Source: a virus (Duplodnaviria > Caudoviricetes). From it: a stretch of 64,000 nucleotides of DNA. The stretch covers positions 1 through 64,000 of IMG/VR virus record IMGVR_UViG_3300031867_000038; one strand, given 5' to 3'. Each line of letters starts with the position of its first letter. The first letter of the stretch is position 1. Position numbers and translations under genes: made by a program. Below are positions 1 to 10,964 of the stretch, one piece after another. The notes beneath the pieces are model-generated. The model made no database searches. It was given only the letters and a program-made list of their open reading frames with translations, and was not told the origin of the DNA.

Positions 1-1017
1 GATAATGGTGGTTATTTAGGTGGTTGGAGATTAGAGCCTTTAGCCATTTATACTACATCTACATCTACAAGTGAAAAAATTACCTTACCTACTGGAGCGC
101 AGAATAGTAATTTAATTCTTTCAAAAGAAGGAGCTATTTTAGGTCCAAAAGAAACTAATAGTAAATTCACCAATTTTAGTCCTAATAGTCGTATTTGGGA
201 AATTAGTAATAATGGTGTAGCTTATTTTTCAGATGTGCATATTAGTAATAGAAATAAAGTTGGTAATAAATTTACTTGGACAGGCTATTTACCATCAGAT
301 ACTCAACAGACAAATCCAATTAAAATTTTTGAGTTAACAGATACAGGTAGTAATATTGGTGGTTGGAATATTACTGATACAACTTTAAGTTCAGGAATTG
401 TTAATATTGATAGTAGTGCTGCAGGTAGTAATACTAATTCAGTCATTTCTATTGGAGAAGCTTTAAGAATTTATGGAAATGGTGATATCAATGTTAGTAA
501 TATTACTTCTGGTGGTTCTGGTAGTTTTAATGGTAGTTTATCTGGTACTAATTGTTCATTTGGATCTGGAACTATTGGCCCAGCTAACTTTGGCGATGTA
601 TTTAATATTCCTTCTGGTAAAATGCAATTTGGTGGAGAAGTAGTCACTTTAAATGACTTGACTGCGGTGACTGGATTAACTTTAAAAATTTCTACAGTAA
701 GTATTGGAGCTAATGATAGAAATATTGACGGTACTATATCTGGAGATATTACGGGTTTATCTTTTACGAATGGAACTATTGTGAATGGTAGCGCCACTAT
801 AGGAGGCAAATCTGGTTCTTGTAGTGGTTCAGTATCAGGATCCATATCAAATGGAAGTATTTCTAATGGGAAGTGCACGATTACACTTCCTAGAAATTTA
901 ACGGTAGGGATTTCTTATTCAGGTACTTTAGCTACTAGAAGTGTTAAAGTAATGTCTACAAGTGATTCTTGGGGCGGCACGTCGGGGACAGCCCCTGTTG
1001 TAACGGAGGATGCATAA
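1..1017 (+). CDS. Tail/virion structural protein, 5'-truncated by window edge
   Basis: Frame is open from base 1 (DNGGYLGGWRLE...), so the 235 start in the track is internal; Gly/Ser/Thr-rich with repeated GGWxI motifs typical of tail proteins. Confidence 0.6.
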   Translation, partial: DNGGYLGGWRLEPLAIYTTSTSTSEKITLPTGAQNSNLILSKEGAILGPKETNSKFTNFSPNSRIWEISNNGVAYFSDVHISNRNKVGNKFTWTGYLPSDTQQTNPIKIFELTDTGSNIGGWNITDTTLSSGIVNIDSSAAGSNTNSVISIGEALRIYGNGDINVSNITSGGSGSFNGSLSGTNCSFGSGTIGPANFGDVFNIPSGKMQFGGEVVTLNDLTAVTGLTLKISTVSIGANDRNIDGTISGDITGLSFTNGTIVNGSATIGGKSGSCSGSVSGSISNGSISNGKCTITLPRNLTVGISYSGTLATRSVKVMSTSDSWGGTSGTAPVVTEDA

Positions 1018-1020
1018 TAA

Positions 1021-1362
1021 ATGCAAGAACAAGATTTTAAAATTTATAGTTTTTATGAGCAATTACGAGCTTTAATTAATAATGCTCAATTAAGTCCTGG
1101 AATTATACAAATGATTTTAACTATGACTCAACAAGAGATTCAACAATTATATATTAAAAATGTAAATGTTTTTATGCATGAACATCAAATTGTAGAAGAA
1201 AGAGAAATCCCATTCGGTGGCACTGTAGGAATAGATCCTATTACTGGAAAATTAGATGAATCTCAACAAGAAATTAAATTACAGACAGATGATCCAGCAT
1301 TACAACAAACAGCTACGAATGTTAATTTTAAAACATTAGATCAATTAGCTGGTCAAGAATAA
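1021..1362 (+). CDS. Hypothetical protein
   Basis: 113-aa ORF tightly packed in the + strand operon. Confidence 0.6.
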   Translation: MQEQDFKIYSFYEQLRALINNAQLSPGIIQMILTMTQQEIQQLYIKNVNVFMHEHQIVEEREIPFGGTVGIDPITGKLDESQQEIKLQTDDPALQQTATNVNFKTLDQLAGQE

Positions 1363-1423
1363 ATCATTTAATCCTTTCCCTTTTTAAACTTATTAGTAAA
1401 GGATTCTGCATGGGAGGGTTAAT

Positions 1424-1930
1424 ATGGTTGAATTACTTACCACTTATGAGTTAAGTGAAATCCTCATATTTATAGTCTTACTTGCAGTAGCTTTTAAGGG
1501 TGTATCTTCTTTTATAGATTGGGCGCGTGATAAACGCAAAAAAATTACTTTAAAAGAGATGCAGCCAGATGAATTAGCAAAACAAATTGCACAAGAGACT
1601 AAAGAAAGAGACAAACAGATCCAAGAATTAAGAATTCAAAGGGAAAAAGAAGGAGCTGAATTGCGGCAGCAGATTGTTGGAATTGCAGCTCAAGTATCTA
1701 ATTTAACAGATAAAATTAATTTATTAGTTGAATCAGATAAGGATGATATAAAAGCTTTTATAACGCGGGAATATCATTATTTTTGTGAACAAAAAGGTTG
1801 GATTGATGATTATAGCATGGATTGTATAGAAAGACGTTATAGTCATTATGTAGAAGAAAAAGGTAATAGTTTTGTTAAACACTTAATGGAACAGTTAAGA
1901 GCATTACCTAGAAAACCACCTAAAAATTAA
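1424..1930 (+). CDS. Membrane protein, holin-like
   Basis: Single N-terminal hydrophobic helix (EILIFIVLLAVAFKGV), coiled coil, C-terminal YxxYxxxxGNS motif seen in Firmicute phage holin-like proteins; GGAGG RBS. Confidence 0.5.
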   Translation: MVELLTTYELSEILIFIVLLAVAFKGVSSFIDWARDKRKKITLKEMQPDELAKQIAQETKERDKQIQELRIQREKEGAELRQQIVGIAAQVSNLTDKINLLVESDKDDIKAFITREYHYFCEQKGWIDDYSMDCIERRYSHYVEEKGNSFVKHLMEQLRALPRKPPKN

Positions 1931-1936
1931 AAATGC

Positions 1937-1974
1937 GCGGCGGTTGCTTTGGCTAGGATCAGAGCAACCGCCGC
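1937..1974. repeat. GC-rich inverted repeat (12-bp perfect stem), no U-tract
   Basis: GCGGCGGTTGCT (1937-1948) pairs with AGCAACCGCCGC (1963-1974), just upstream of RBS AAGGAGG. Confidence 0.8.
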
Positions 1975-1996
1975 AGAGATAAAAGGAGGCAAAAAT

Positions 1997-4825
1997 ATGG
2001 CAGAAAGATTATACCCACCAGTATTGAGTTATTCATTGCCAGCTTTTGCAATTCAAACAAACACGGACACTACAACAGTTAGAATATATTTTGCCTTATC
2101 AGACTATTCTTCTAATAGTAATACGTCTGTACAAATGACAGTTCGTTATCAGGATAATAATGAAAATGCTTTAAATATTGAGACTTATAAAGGAAGAGTT
2201 AAAGCATTTGAAACATATTCTATAGACAACGAAAAAATTACACAAAGAGATAAATATTATGTTGAATTATTAAGCACAGATTTACAAAATGGTTTTACTG
2301 TAGATAGAATTTATAAAATTCAACTTAGATTTTCTTCTATATATACTGATGTGGGGCCAGATACAACCTGGTTAAATAGTAATTTATCTAGCTTTTCTGA
2401 ATGGTCAACAGTGTGTTTAATTAAGCCTATTTCTAAGCCATCTTATTCTATTATGGGATTAGATGCAGGGGGAGGTAGCTCTTCTTTATCGACTTATACG
2501 ACTGTTGATTCTATTTTTACAATTACTTATAATCAAGGTGAAAGCAATGAATTACTAAAATCATGGAGAACTGTTCTTTATAATAGTAATAAAACTACTA
2601 TTTTAGCAGATAGCGGTTGGAAAACTTATACTAATTATGATTATCTTCCAGTAGATAGTAGTAATACTGTTACATTCGATAGCATTTTACCTTATATAAT
2701 GCAAGCTGGAAATGATTATGTATTAAGGTTATCAATAGAAACTCGTAATGGATATACATCTACAACAGATTATGCCTTTACTTGTTATCCTGTTTTAAGT
2801 AATGATTTTGTGGGTAACATCACATTACAAATGAATGAAGAAGAAGGATATGCAACTTTACATGTAACTAGTGAAACTCCTTATTCAACTAATTTGGTTT
2901 TAAGGCGGAGTTCTTCTGAAAGTAATTTTACTATTTGGGAGGATGTAGCTTTAAAAGTTTTAACTAATGAAGCTGTGAATTGGACTTATAAAGATTTTAC
3001 AATTGAATCTGGAATTTGGTACAGATATGGAGTTCAAATACGTGATATAGCAGGCCGCCGCGGATCTTTAACTGTTATATCTTCTATTGAAATGGCAGAA
3101 TTTGAGCATGCTTTTCTTTTAGGTGAGAATAATCAGCAACTAAAATTAAAATATGATTTTAACATTTCTTCAGCTAATGTTACGGTATCAGAGTCTAAAG
3201 TAGATACAATAGGATCTAAATATCCTTTTATTCGTAGGAATGGGCATATGTATTATCGTACTTTTCAATGTACAGGATTAATTACTGGGTATATGGATAC
3301 AGATGAACATTTGTTTACAACAGAAGCAGAATTATATCATAATAATCAAAATCGTTATCGTGCAGTTAGAACAGCTGTTGATGCTATTTCAACATCATAT
3401 GATTATACTTATGAACGTGAATTTCGTGAAAAGGTTCAAGAATTTTTATATGATAATAAAATAAAATTATATAAATCTCTTCAAGAAGGAAATATGCTAG
3501 TAAAAATTATGAATGTTTCCTTGTCTCCTAAAAATGAATTAGGCAGATTATTATATAGTTTTTCTGCATTAGTAGTAGAAATTGATGAACCAACATTAGC
3601 TAACCTTCAAACTTATAATTTACAACCTATTGCTACTTACGAAAGTTCTATTGAATTTTCTGAAGCTTTATTAGGGCAGTTAAGTAATTATGATGGATAT
3701 GATAAAGGCAGTATTGATAATACTGGAGTAGAAGTATCAATTCCTCGATATACCACTTATAAAGCTAATGAAAATATTGTTCAAAGAATTGGTAAAAAAT
3801 ATGGATGGCAATATGGTGAAAAAATTATTAAAAATCCTATTAATAATATTTTAGTTAATGATTTTCGATTAACATATATTAGAATTGAATTAGAAAGTGA
3901 ACCGTATTTAATTTATAAATATGAAAAGAATTTAATGCCATGGAGAAATACCAAATATGCGAAAAACCCTAGTATCAAATACCCAGGTACAATAATTTTA
4001 GGATGGATAATTAATTTTTCTGGATCTAAAATTTTAGTTCAACCACCTAACAATATTTATGAATTAAATGTAGAAAATTTAATTTTACCATCTAATACAA
4101 CTATTTCTTTTCCAGTAGCAACATCTGCAACTATTTATTATACAATTGAATTAAATGAAGAATTTAACTCAGCTTCTATAGTTCCATTAGAATTATCTTA
4201 TAATAATATAATTGGACAATTGAATCGTGTATTTGAGCCTAATCTTTTATCTGAAGATATCATTCAATTATTAGCAACAAAATATCAATTTACGGATTTT
4301 GCTAATAATGTTAAATATAATTTAAATAGAGTGCTTAGACTTGATATTGAAGCAGATCCTGGAACAGTTATTTATGCAAGAAGCTCTGTAATGCCATCTA
4401 CTAATCCTACAAAATTTGTATTGAATGAAACAGGTAGATTATTATTAGAACCTAATATTAGTGAAGTTAATATTGTTACAGCTAGTTTTAGCGGTAAACA
4501 AATTGATTTAAGATATTTATATCCAATTTACTCTTGGAATTCTATTGATGACCATACTTTAAAAGCAATTCAAACTTTTAATAGAAATCATAATAAAGGT
4601 TCAACACGTCCAGCTACGCCTGTCACATACGATTTTTATACAGAAAATGGTTTATATTATATGTATTATAATAGAAGATGGAATCAAGCTCAGAGTATTA
4701 CAAAAGTAGACGCAAATGATATATTAACTACATACGTATGGGAAATTGCTTGTCCTGTGCGGGCATTAGTTAATTATGAGCTACAACAGCAGAGAGGTAA
4801 ATATGAATCGGTGCTAAATGGATGA
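1997..4825 (+). CDS. Large putative tail/baseplate protein
   Basis: ATG 1997 preceded by AAGGAGG (preferred over the 1949 start); beta-rich 942-aa ORF within the structural operon. Confidence 0.55.
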   Translation: MAERLYPPVLSYSLPAFAIQTNTDTTTVRIYFALSDYSSNSNTSVQMTVRYQDNNENALNIETYKGRVKAFETYSIDNEKITQRDKYYVELLSTDLQNGFTVDRIYKIQLRFSSIYTDVGPDTTWLNSNLSSFSEWSTVCLIKPISKPSYSIMGLDAGGGSSSLSTYTTVDSIFTITYNQGESNELLKSWRTVLYNSNKTTILADSGWKTYTNYDYLPVDSSNTVTFDSILPYIMQAGNDYVLRLSIETRNGYTSTTDYAFTCYPVLSNDFVGNITLQMNEEEGYATLHVTSETPYSTNLVLRRSSSESNFTIWEDVALKVLTNEAVNWTYKDFTIESGIWYRYGVQIRDIAGRRGSLTVISSIEMAEFEHAFLLGENNQQLKLKYDFNISSANVTVSESKVDTIGSKYPFIRRNGHMYYRTFQCTGLITGYMDTDEHLFTTEAELYHNNQNRYRAVRTAVDAISTSYDYTYEREFREKVQEFLYDNKIKLYKSLQEGNMLVKIMNVSLSPKNELGRLLYSFSALVVEIDEPTLANLQTYNLQPIATYESSIEFSEALLGQLSNYDGYDKGSIDNTGVEVSIPRYTTYKANENIVQRIGKKYGWQYGEKIIKNPINNILVNDFRLTYIRIELESEPYLIYKYEKNLMPWRNTKYAKNPSIKYPGTIILGWIINFSGSKILVQPPNNIYELNVENLILPSNTTISFPVATSATIYYTIELNEEFNSASIVPLELSYNNIIGQLNRVFEPNLLSEDIIQLLATKYQFTDFANNVKYNLNRVLRLDIEADPGTVIYARSSVMPSTNPTKFVLNETGRLLLEPNISEVNIVTASFSGKQIDLRYLYPIYSWNSIDDHTLKAIQTFNRNHNKGSTRPATPVTYDFYTENGLYYMYYNRRWNQAQSITKVDANDILTTYVWEIACPVRALVNYELQQQRGKYESVLNG

Positions 4826-6791
4826 TTTTTTACAAGATCAAGTATTTTTAGATCAATTAGATAGTCTAAAATTAAAAGAACAATTTGTTCGTTTTACTAT
4901 TTTAGACTACCATGAAAATCCTATTAAAGAAATTCAAGGAAGAGTAACTAATGGTAGTCTTAATTTAAGTGGTACGTCTTCTCTGCGTAGGACTGCAAAT
5001 TTATCGTTGTTTGCAGAAGAAAAAGAAAATGATTTAAGTCAAATCGACAATGATTTATCTATTAATCGAAAGATTAAATTAGAAATTGGCTTTACGAATA
5101 GCGTGCCTGATTATATTTATCAAACATATGATCAAACTACAAATATTACTAGTTTACAAACTATTAATTATCGTGAAAAATATGGAGATATTATTTGGTT
5201 TAAATTAGGAATTTTTGTTATTTTTGATCCTAATATTTCTCATAATATAAATGGAGTTAGTATTTCAGTTTCTTTAAAAGATAAAATGTGCTTATTAAAT
5301 GGAGATGCGGGAGGGGTGCTTCCCGCAAGCACAGAATTTCATACACGTGAGCAAGAAGATGAAAATGGATTAGTTACTGTTGATAATCCTACCATTAGAC
5401 AGATTATACAAGAAGTAGTCCAGCATTGGGGCGGTGAAGACCCCGCTCGTATTATTATAGAAGATGTGGATGAACGTATTAAGCAAGTAATGAGATGGAT
5501 GGGCGAAGATCCATTATATTATTATGTGGTTATCAATGAAAAAGGTAAATCTCAATCTTATTATAGTTTGACTAAACCTACGTCATATAGTCAATTAGTT
5601 ACAATTAATTATGGAGATGAAGCTGGATTTATTTTAACTGATTTTATTTATCCTGGAGAATTAATTGGAGATGCAGGTAGTACAGTTACTAATATTTTAG
5701 ATAAAATTATTAGTATATTAGGTAATTTTGAATATTTTTATGATGTTAATGGAAATTTTCATTTTCAAGAAATTAAAAATTATTTAAATATTACTTATAC
5801 TACTCAAGCTTTTAAAGAAAATTCTGTAGATAAGATTGATTATGACGCAGATTTTGTTGGCGGCAAAGCTGCTTATACTTTTGCTGGATCTAAATTAATT
5901 TCATCTTTTGCTAATACTCCTAAATATAGTAATGTTAAAAATGATTTTATAATATGGGGTGTTAGAAAGTCTATAGATGGTTCTGAAGTTCCAATTAGGT
6001 ATCATTTAGCTATTGATAAAATTCCAGAAGTTGGTCAAACTCACTCAGTTACATGGTATGAGGATGAATTTGGAGTTAAACGTGCTAAAGTATGGTTAAC
6101 TAATCCTCCTAGTACTGGTAGCACAACATTTACATCTCAAGATTATCGTGAAGAATTATATATGCAAGGTGTAGCAGCATCTTCAACAGGGTCTGATTAT
6201 CCATATTATTTTACTGAATTAGTTTGGGAATTACCTAAATATTGGGATTTTGGTAAACATGCTTATAAAAAAGAATATTGTGATAATCCTAGTAAAATTG
6301 ATTTTTTCTTAGATATTATTGATATAGGCTCAGAAGTTGGAAAGTATGGCGTTCCTAATATTGGCCGCAGAGGAAAAGTTGTATCTGATGACAAAATTAA
6401 TTGTGTATTTGAACAAACAGTCCCTGATGTTGTTATAATAAATATAAATGGTACTAGTGATGAAATGAATGCTTTAAGAACTGAATGTAGTTCTCTTGGC
6501 CAAGATTATGCACAGGTATCAGACGCTATTTATTCTATGCTTAGTATTGGTGGAATTCAAAATTCTTGTTATCAAAGAATGTGTGAGCTATTATATGAAT
6601 TTACAAATATGAATAATAGCATTACAATTCAAGCATTACCTATTTATTATTTAGAACCTAATATTAGAATTAATGTACAAGACCCAGCTTCTGGAATTTA
6701 TGGAGATTATATGATTCAAACTATTTCTTTACCATTAGGTATTGATGGGATGATGAGTATAACTGCAAATAAAGCTTTGCAAAAGATTTAA
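4818..6791 (+). CDS. Putative tail/baseplate hub-like protein
   Basis: 657 aa, overlaps previous stop; motifs RRTANLSL, DKMCLLNG, YFYDVNGNF, LEPNIRINV resemble Firmicute phage tail proteins. Confidence 0.55.
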   Translation: MDDFLQDQVFLDQLDSLKLKEQFVRFTILDYHENPIKEIQGRVTNGSLNLSGTSSLRRTANLSLFAEEKENDLSQIDNDLSINRKIKLEIGFTNSVPDYIYQTYDQTTNITSLQTINYREKYGDIIWFKLGIFVIFDPNISHNINGVSISVSLKDKMCLLNGDAGGVLPASTEFHTREQEDENGLVTVDNPTIRQIIQEVVQHWGGEDPARIIIEDVDERIKQVMRWMGEDPLYYYVVINEKGKSQSYYSLTKPTSYSQLVTINYGDEAGFILTDFIYPGELIGDAGSTVTNILDKIISILGNFEYFYDVNGNFHFQEIKNYLNITYTTQAFKENSVDKIDYDADFVGGKAAYTFAGSKLISSFANTPKYSNVKNDFIIWGVRKSIDGSEVPIRYHLAIDKIPEVGQTHSVTWYEDEFGVKRAKVWLTNPPSTGSTTFTSQDYREELYMQGVAASSTGSDYPYYFTELVWELPKYWDFGKHAYKKEYCDNPSKIDFFLDIIDIGSEVGKYGVPNIGRRGKVVSDDKINCVFEQTVPDVVIININGTSDEMNALRTECSSLGQDYAQVSDAIYSMLSIGGIQNSCYQRMCELLYEFTNMNNSITIQALPIYYLEPNIRINVQDPASGIYGDYMIQTISLPLGIDGMMSITANKALQKI

Positions 6792-6805
6792 GGAGATAAA
6801 AGGAT

Positions 6806-7663
6806 ATGGCTAAAAAAATAGGTCAAATATTATATAATGGAAAAACTACATATTTAGACAAAAGGGACTTGAAGTTTGGCACGACTCAAACAACAGTAGG
6901 TAATACTAATTTTGATGATTTAGTTATTAACTTAATTAACGGAAAATTTGTTCAAGGGACTACTTATTATTTAAGATTAAACATAAAACGTATTAATATT
7001 AATGATAATTATGGAGTTGTTAAGACAGGATCTGATAATGATCCCCATTATCAAAATATTGAATGTAAATTATACAGTGATGATAATTTATCTTATCAAA
7101 CTTTAGGAGAGTTATTAGTTATTGAACCATATCAAAGCATTGACGCCTCTTCAGTTGATAATGAAGGTGAATTTTTAGACTGGTGCGAGGAACGTGATCC
7201 AGAAACTTCTATGTCTACCGGAGCTAAAGCTTATTATGATGCTTTAGTTACTCGACACAATCAAGACAGAACAACACAGTCAAGTGCAATTCGTACAAAT
7301 AAACAAGTTGTAGAATTAATTTTTACTCCATATCTTACTTCTTCACAAATCGTATTTGAGTTAAGACGTGTTGCATATGATTATAGTAATTCTACATCAA
7401 AGCGAATTGTTGCGGTAGATACCGGTAACGATGGCTATGATTATGATGCAGCTATTATTAAGAATATTTTACCTCATACATGTGATAAAATTGGTATTCA
7501 AACTACTCCAGGATCTTTAGTTATTATTAATGGAGAAGGTATGCGAGTAGGTAAAAGTGGTATTATGGAAATTAATAGCGGTATTGCAATTAATTCTGTT
7601 GGGTTTGCAGCGCCCAATAGAGAGATCAATAATTTTATTTTAGATTATATTTATACAGAATAA
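6806..7663 (+). CDS. Putative virion structural protein
   Basis: 285 aa, RBS AAGGA, structural operon context. Confidence 0.5.
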   Translation: MAKKIGQILYNGKTTYLDKRDLKFGTTQTTVGNTNFDDLVINLINGKFVQGTTYYLRLNIKRININDNYGVVKTGSDNDPHYQNIECKLYSDDNLSYQTLGELLVIEPYQSIDASSVDNEGEFLDWCEERDPETSMSTGAKAYYDALVTRHNQDRTTQSSAIRTNKQVVELIFTPYLTSSQIVFELRRVAYDYSNSTSKRIVAVDTGNDGYDYDAAIIKNILPHTCDKIGIQTTPGSLVIINGEGMRVGKSGIMEINSGIAINSVGFAAPNREINNFILDYIYTE

Positions 7664-7679
7664 GGGAGGTCTTTAAGTT

Positions 7680-10181
7680 ATGTATGAATCATTTTATGGT
7701 GGCAAACAAGGCCGCTCTTATGCAATAGTTGCTAGATATAATAGTATCTATGATATGTTCCTAGCTTTTTCAGGCGGAGATAATTATACCGATGTTAGTT
7801 ATGATGAATATGTCATTATTGATACTATTTTACAAAATAACCAAAAAAATAATCCAGAAAATGGTATTATTTATCGCAGAGGTTATAATTATAATGATGC
7901 TTTTTACTTTAGCGATGAAAATAAAGAAGTTTCTTATACTACTTTAGAAAAAAATAGATTAATTAATGTTACATTACGCGGGGCAGAACTAGGTGTTTCG
8001 TATGATTGGATCTGGGATAATGATAGAAACAGTCTAGACAATGGATCTACATATGCAACTACTAACACAATTGCTGTCCCTAAATTTTATGATTTTAAAT
8101 ATACTCTTAGTGATGATGGTGAAGGAAATATTGTTGCTACAATCATTAAAGGGAATTTAAATGAAAAGTGGAGCGCAGCCTGGGAAGAGTATGTTACTAA
8201 TCCTGGTGGTGGAGCTATTTATATAGGCCAGATTGTGGGACCTGAAGGGGGCGTCCCTGAGATCCACATGATATCCTGGGATGAATATCAACAAGCAGCT
8301 GCCGCCGCAGAAACAGAAGAAGTAAAAAATACGTTTGCAATTCAACCAGTACCAGGATATGATTCTACTCATACTGGGACTATTGATCCTAATACAGGAT
8401 TAGATGAAGATGGATATGATGTTAATCATTTTCATGATAAAATTCAATATGCATATTGTGTAATTCGTGATAGTCGTGGAAATATCACAGGCACATATCT
8501 TTCTTTTGATTTTCCTTATACAGTTTTTGCTTTTGATGCTAGCTCTATTTCTCCATATGATTCACGAGGAAGCTTAGATCCAGAGACTCATCAATGGAGT
8601 TATATAAATTTAATTGAAGAAAATGATGGTCCTGATGGTTCTAAAGATCATCCATTTTATAAATCTTATCATATTGATGTTCCTTCTGGTATTCATGGAG
8701 CAGATGTTAATGATTTTATTATTCAATCTTATGATCAAGATGTTTATGATGAAAATGGTAATTATCTTGATGCAGCTATTTCTGATAAAACAGATGATCG
8801 TGAGAATCCTTTTTTAAATGATAATTATTCTAACCAATATTTAACATATACTATTAGAGATTATAATGCAACTGAAAAAGGAGAGCCTCAAGAGCGGCAA
8901 GTAATTGCTCCTTATAAAGTAATTGCTAATTTAGATACTAGTAAAAAAATAGATCCAGAAGTTAATAATCCTAATTATCAGCATAATTTTCCAAAAGAAA
9001 TTACTTTGAATTTTACTCATGGAAAACCAATCACTGTAAAATATCCAGTTATTGAGCGGATATGGCAACAAACTGAAAATGCAGATGATACAGATATAGC
9101 TTATGGTGGCGGTAAATTACAAAAACATCATTTATATGTATTGTTTTCTACTGAGTCACGGCCTCGTGATTTAGGATTAGTTAAGTATGTACAGAGGCTT
9201 TGGGTACAAGAAAATAATGATTCTACTCAAAAAGATTCTGATGGGAACGATTTAACTGAAAATTGTGTTTATATTCAATTAACTGGCGAAGATCATCCTA
9301 TATGTTTAGGCTTAATTAAAAAGGTAGAGAATATTTGGACTCAGTTAGCAGATGATAATACTCAGACTGATGCTAATGAGAATCCCTTATTAGCAGATTA
9401 TACATATGTACAGTTGACTAATGAGGAACGTCCAAGGAATCTTGGTTATATTACTAAGATTACTGAAGTTAGTAGAAATAGTGAAGACAAACAATTCTAT
9501 ACTCATTTTAATTATCTTGAGCAAAATGGCGAGATTATTCGTGGGGCTGCAACAGTTTTACCCGTCGCAGAAATTGCTGATATAAAATTAAATGGGGACC
9601 TTGTTCTGGTTGGTTATCGGAATTTAAGCCCGGAAGATTTAACTGATTTTCCTGAGCAATTAATTACTCAAGAAAATGGATTAACTTATATAAATCTTGG
9701 TGCGGTTGTTAAAGGTAATCATATTTTAACCAATTTTACTACATATGCTGAACTATATGAACAATATCCTCGTGGGTTAGAAAGAGATACAGATGGCAAT
9801 CCAGTAGGAGGGCGTGAAAATCGTGCAGGATGGTTAGTAACAGTTGGTCATGATGTTGATATTGTTATTGATACCACTACTAATAAAAAAGTAGCGGCAG
9901 AAGATGCAATTATTCAGAATGGTGAGATTATTTTACCTGTGGGATCACAATATGCAGATACTTCTAATTTAGCTATTGAAACTGCTACTGGTTATAAAAT
10001 ATATGGATTTGACTATGTAGCAAATACTTGGTATGCAGTACAAGATTTGGCGGCGACTGCAGTAAAACCTGAATATAGTGTTTTATTAGCACGTCCTTTA
10101 GCAAATAATATTAATAAACCTGATTCATTAGATGTAGATCAGTTAAATGAAAAAGGACTTTGGTTTGTAATTACGGCATGA
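7680..10181 (+). CDS. Putative virion structural protein with three internal ~45-aa repeats
   Basis: 833 aa acidic; N-terminal MYESFYGG..GRS; repeats at about 9048-9455. Confidence 0.55.
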   Translation: MYESFYGGKQGRSYAIVARYNSIYDMFLAFSGGDNYTDVSYDEYVIIDTILQNNQKNNPENGIIYRRGYNYNDAFYFSDENKEVSYTTLEKNRLINVTLRGAELGVSYDWIWDNDRNSLDNGSTYATTNTIAVPKFYDFKYTLSDDGEGNIVATIIKGNLNEKWSAAWEEYVTNPGGGAIYIGQIVGPEGGVPEIHMISWDEYQQAAAAAETEEVKNTFAIQPVPGYDSTHTGTIDPNTGLDEDGYDVNHFHDKIQYAYCVIRDSRGNITGTYLSFDFPYTVFAFDASSISPYDSRGSLDPETHQWSYINLIEENDGPDGSKDHPFYKSYHIDVPSGIHGADVNDFIIQSYDQDVYDENGNYLDAAISDKTDDRENPFLNDNYSNQYLTYTIRDYNATEKGEPQERQVIAPYKVIANLDTSKKIDPEVNNPNYQHNFPKEITLNFTHGKPITVKYPVIERIWQQTENADDTDIAYGGGKLQKHHLYVLFSTESRPRDLGLVKYVQRLWVQENNDSTQKDSDGNDLTENCVYIQLTGEDHPICLGLIKKVENIWTQLADDNTQTDANENPLLADYTYVQLTNEERPRNLGYITKITEVSRNSEDKQFYTHFNYLEQNGEIIRGAATVLPVAEIADIKLNGDLVLVGYRNLSPEDLTDFPEQLITQENGLTYINLGAVVKGNHILTNFTTYAELYEQYPRGLERDTDGNPVGGRENRAGWLVTVGHDVDIVIDTTTNKKVAAEDAIIQNGEIILPVGSQYADTSNLAIETATGYKIYGFDYVANTWYAVQDLAATAVKPEYSVLLARPLANNINKPDSLDVDQLNEKGLWFVITA

Positions 10182-10192
10182 TAATGAAGGAC

Positions 10193-10228
10193 AAAACGCT
10201 ATAATTATTTATAGCGTTTTTTCTTTCT
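10193..10228 (+). terminator. Intrinsic terminator
   Basis: 12-bp stem AAAACGCTATAA/TTATAGCGTTTT, 4-nt loop, followed by TTCTTTCT. Confidence 0.6.
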
Positions 10229-10250
10229 ATTGTAGAAAGGGTGCTATTAT

Positions 10251-10571
10251 ATGATTATTAGTAATTTAGTACAAGGAGCTATAGGTCAAATTAAAGGGCC
10301 TTTAACAAATAAAGAGTCAATTACTTTTAGCACTGGCAATGAAGCAGGGGCAGGGCGGCCGCCTGATTTAAAACTAGGTATTTCTATTGATGAAAAAGAT
10401 CTTATGACTTATGGATGGAGATTTGAAGTTACAATTAATAAAAATATTAGAATTTTAATAGGATCAACTGGTCGATATGAATTTGATGAAAAGATTGCAG
10501 TTGATACAATCTCTTTTCCAGAAGGGGCGCCTGCCAGTGTTATCATTGATTATGTTGTATTGGATATATAA
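10251..10571 (+). CDS. Hypothetical structural-module protein
   Basis: 106 aa; C-terminal half resembles the C-terminus of the 6806-7663 protein (I.I...G..E...I....I.F......I.DY.Y/V). Confidence 0.55.
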   Translation: MIISNLVQGAIGQIKGPLTNKESITFSTGNEAGAGRPPDLKLGISIDEKDLMTYGWRFEVTINKNIRILIGSTGRYEFDEKIAVDTISFPEGAPASVIIDYVVLDI

Positions 10572-10586
10572 GGAGTGTAAAATGCT

Positions 10587-10964
10587 ATGGCGGATCGGAT
10601 AAAAGGATTACGACAAAAAAATAACCAAGGTGTTTTTGATGCTTTGGTTCCTTTTGGCACTGATGGCATTTTCGTAGATATGGTAAGTGGGCTAGACAAT
10701 GAAGAAGAGTTAAAAATTGGTGGGAATCATACTTCTACTATTGTAGAAAATTTAGATGGTTCTACAACTATTACAGAATTATTTAAAAATTTAAATAATG
10801 TAGTAACTTATACTATTGTTACAAATATTATTACTGCTCAAAATGGTTCGACAACAATTACAAGTGTTTTAAAAGAACGAGATACTGAAACTGTTCTACG
10901 AAGTAAGACTATTACTATCCCTGCTGATGCAAGCAGTATAACAATTGGGGAGGTATTAGATTAA
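10587..10964 (+). CDS. Hypothetical structural-module protein
   Basis: 125 aa, RBS AAGGAG. Confidence 0.6.
   Translation: MADRIKGLRQKNNQGVFDALVPFGTDGIFVDMVSGLDNEEELKIGGNHTSTIVENLDGSTTITELFKNLNNVVTYTIVTNIITAQNGSTTITSVLKERDTETVLRSKTITIPADASSITIGEVLD

Noticed and set aside
1949-1996. Track start at 1949 for the 958-aa ORF
   Set aside because: It runs through the GC hairpin; ATG 1997 has a perfect AAGGAGG RBS
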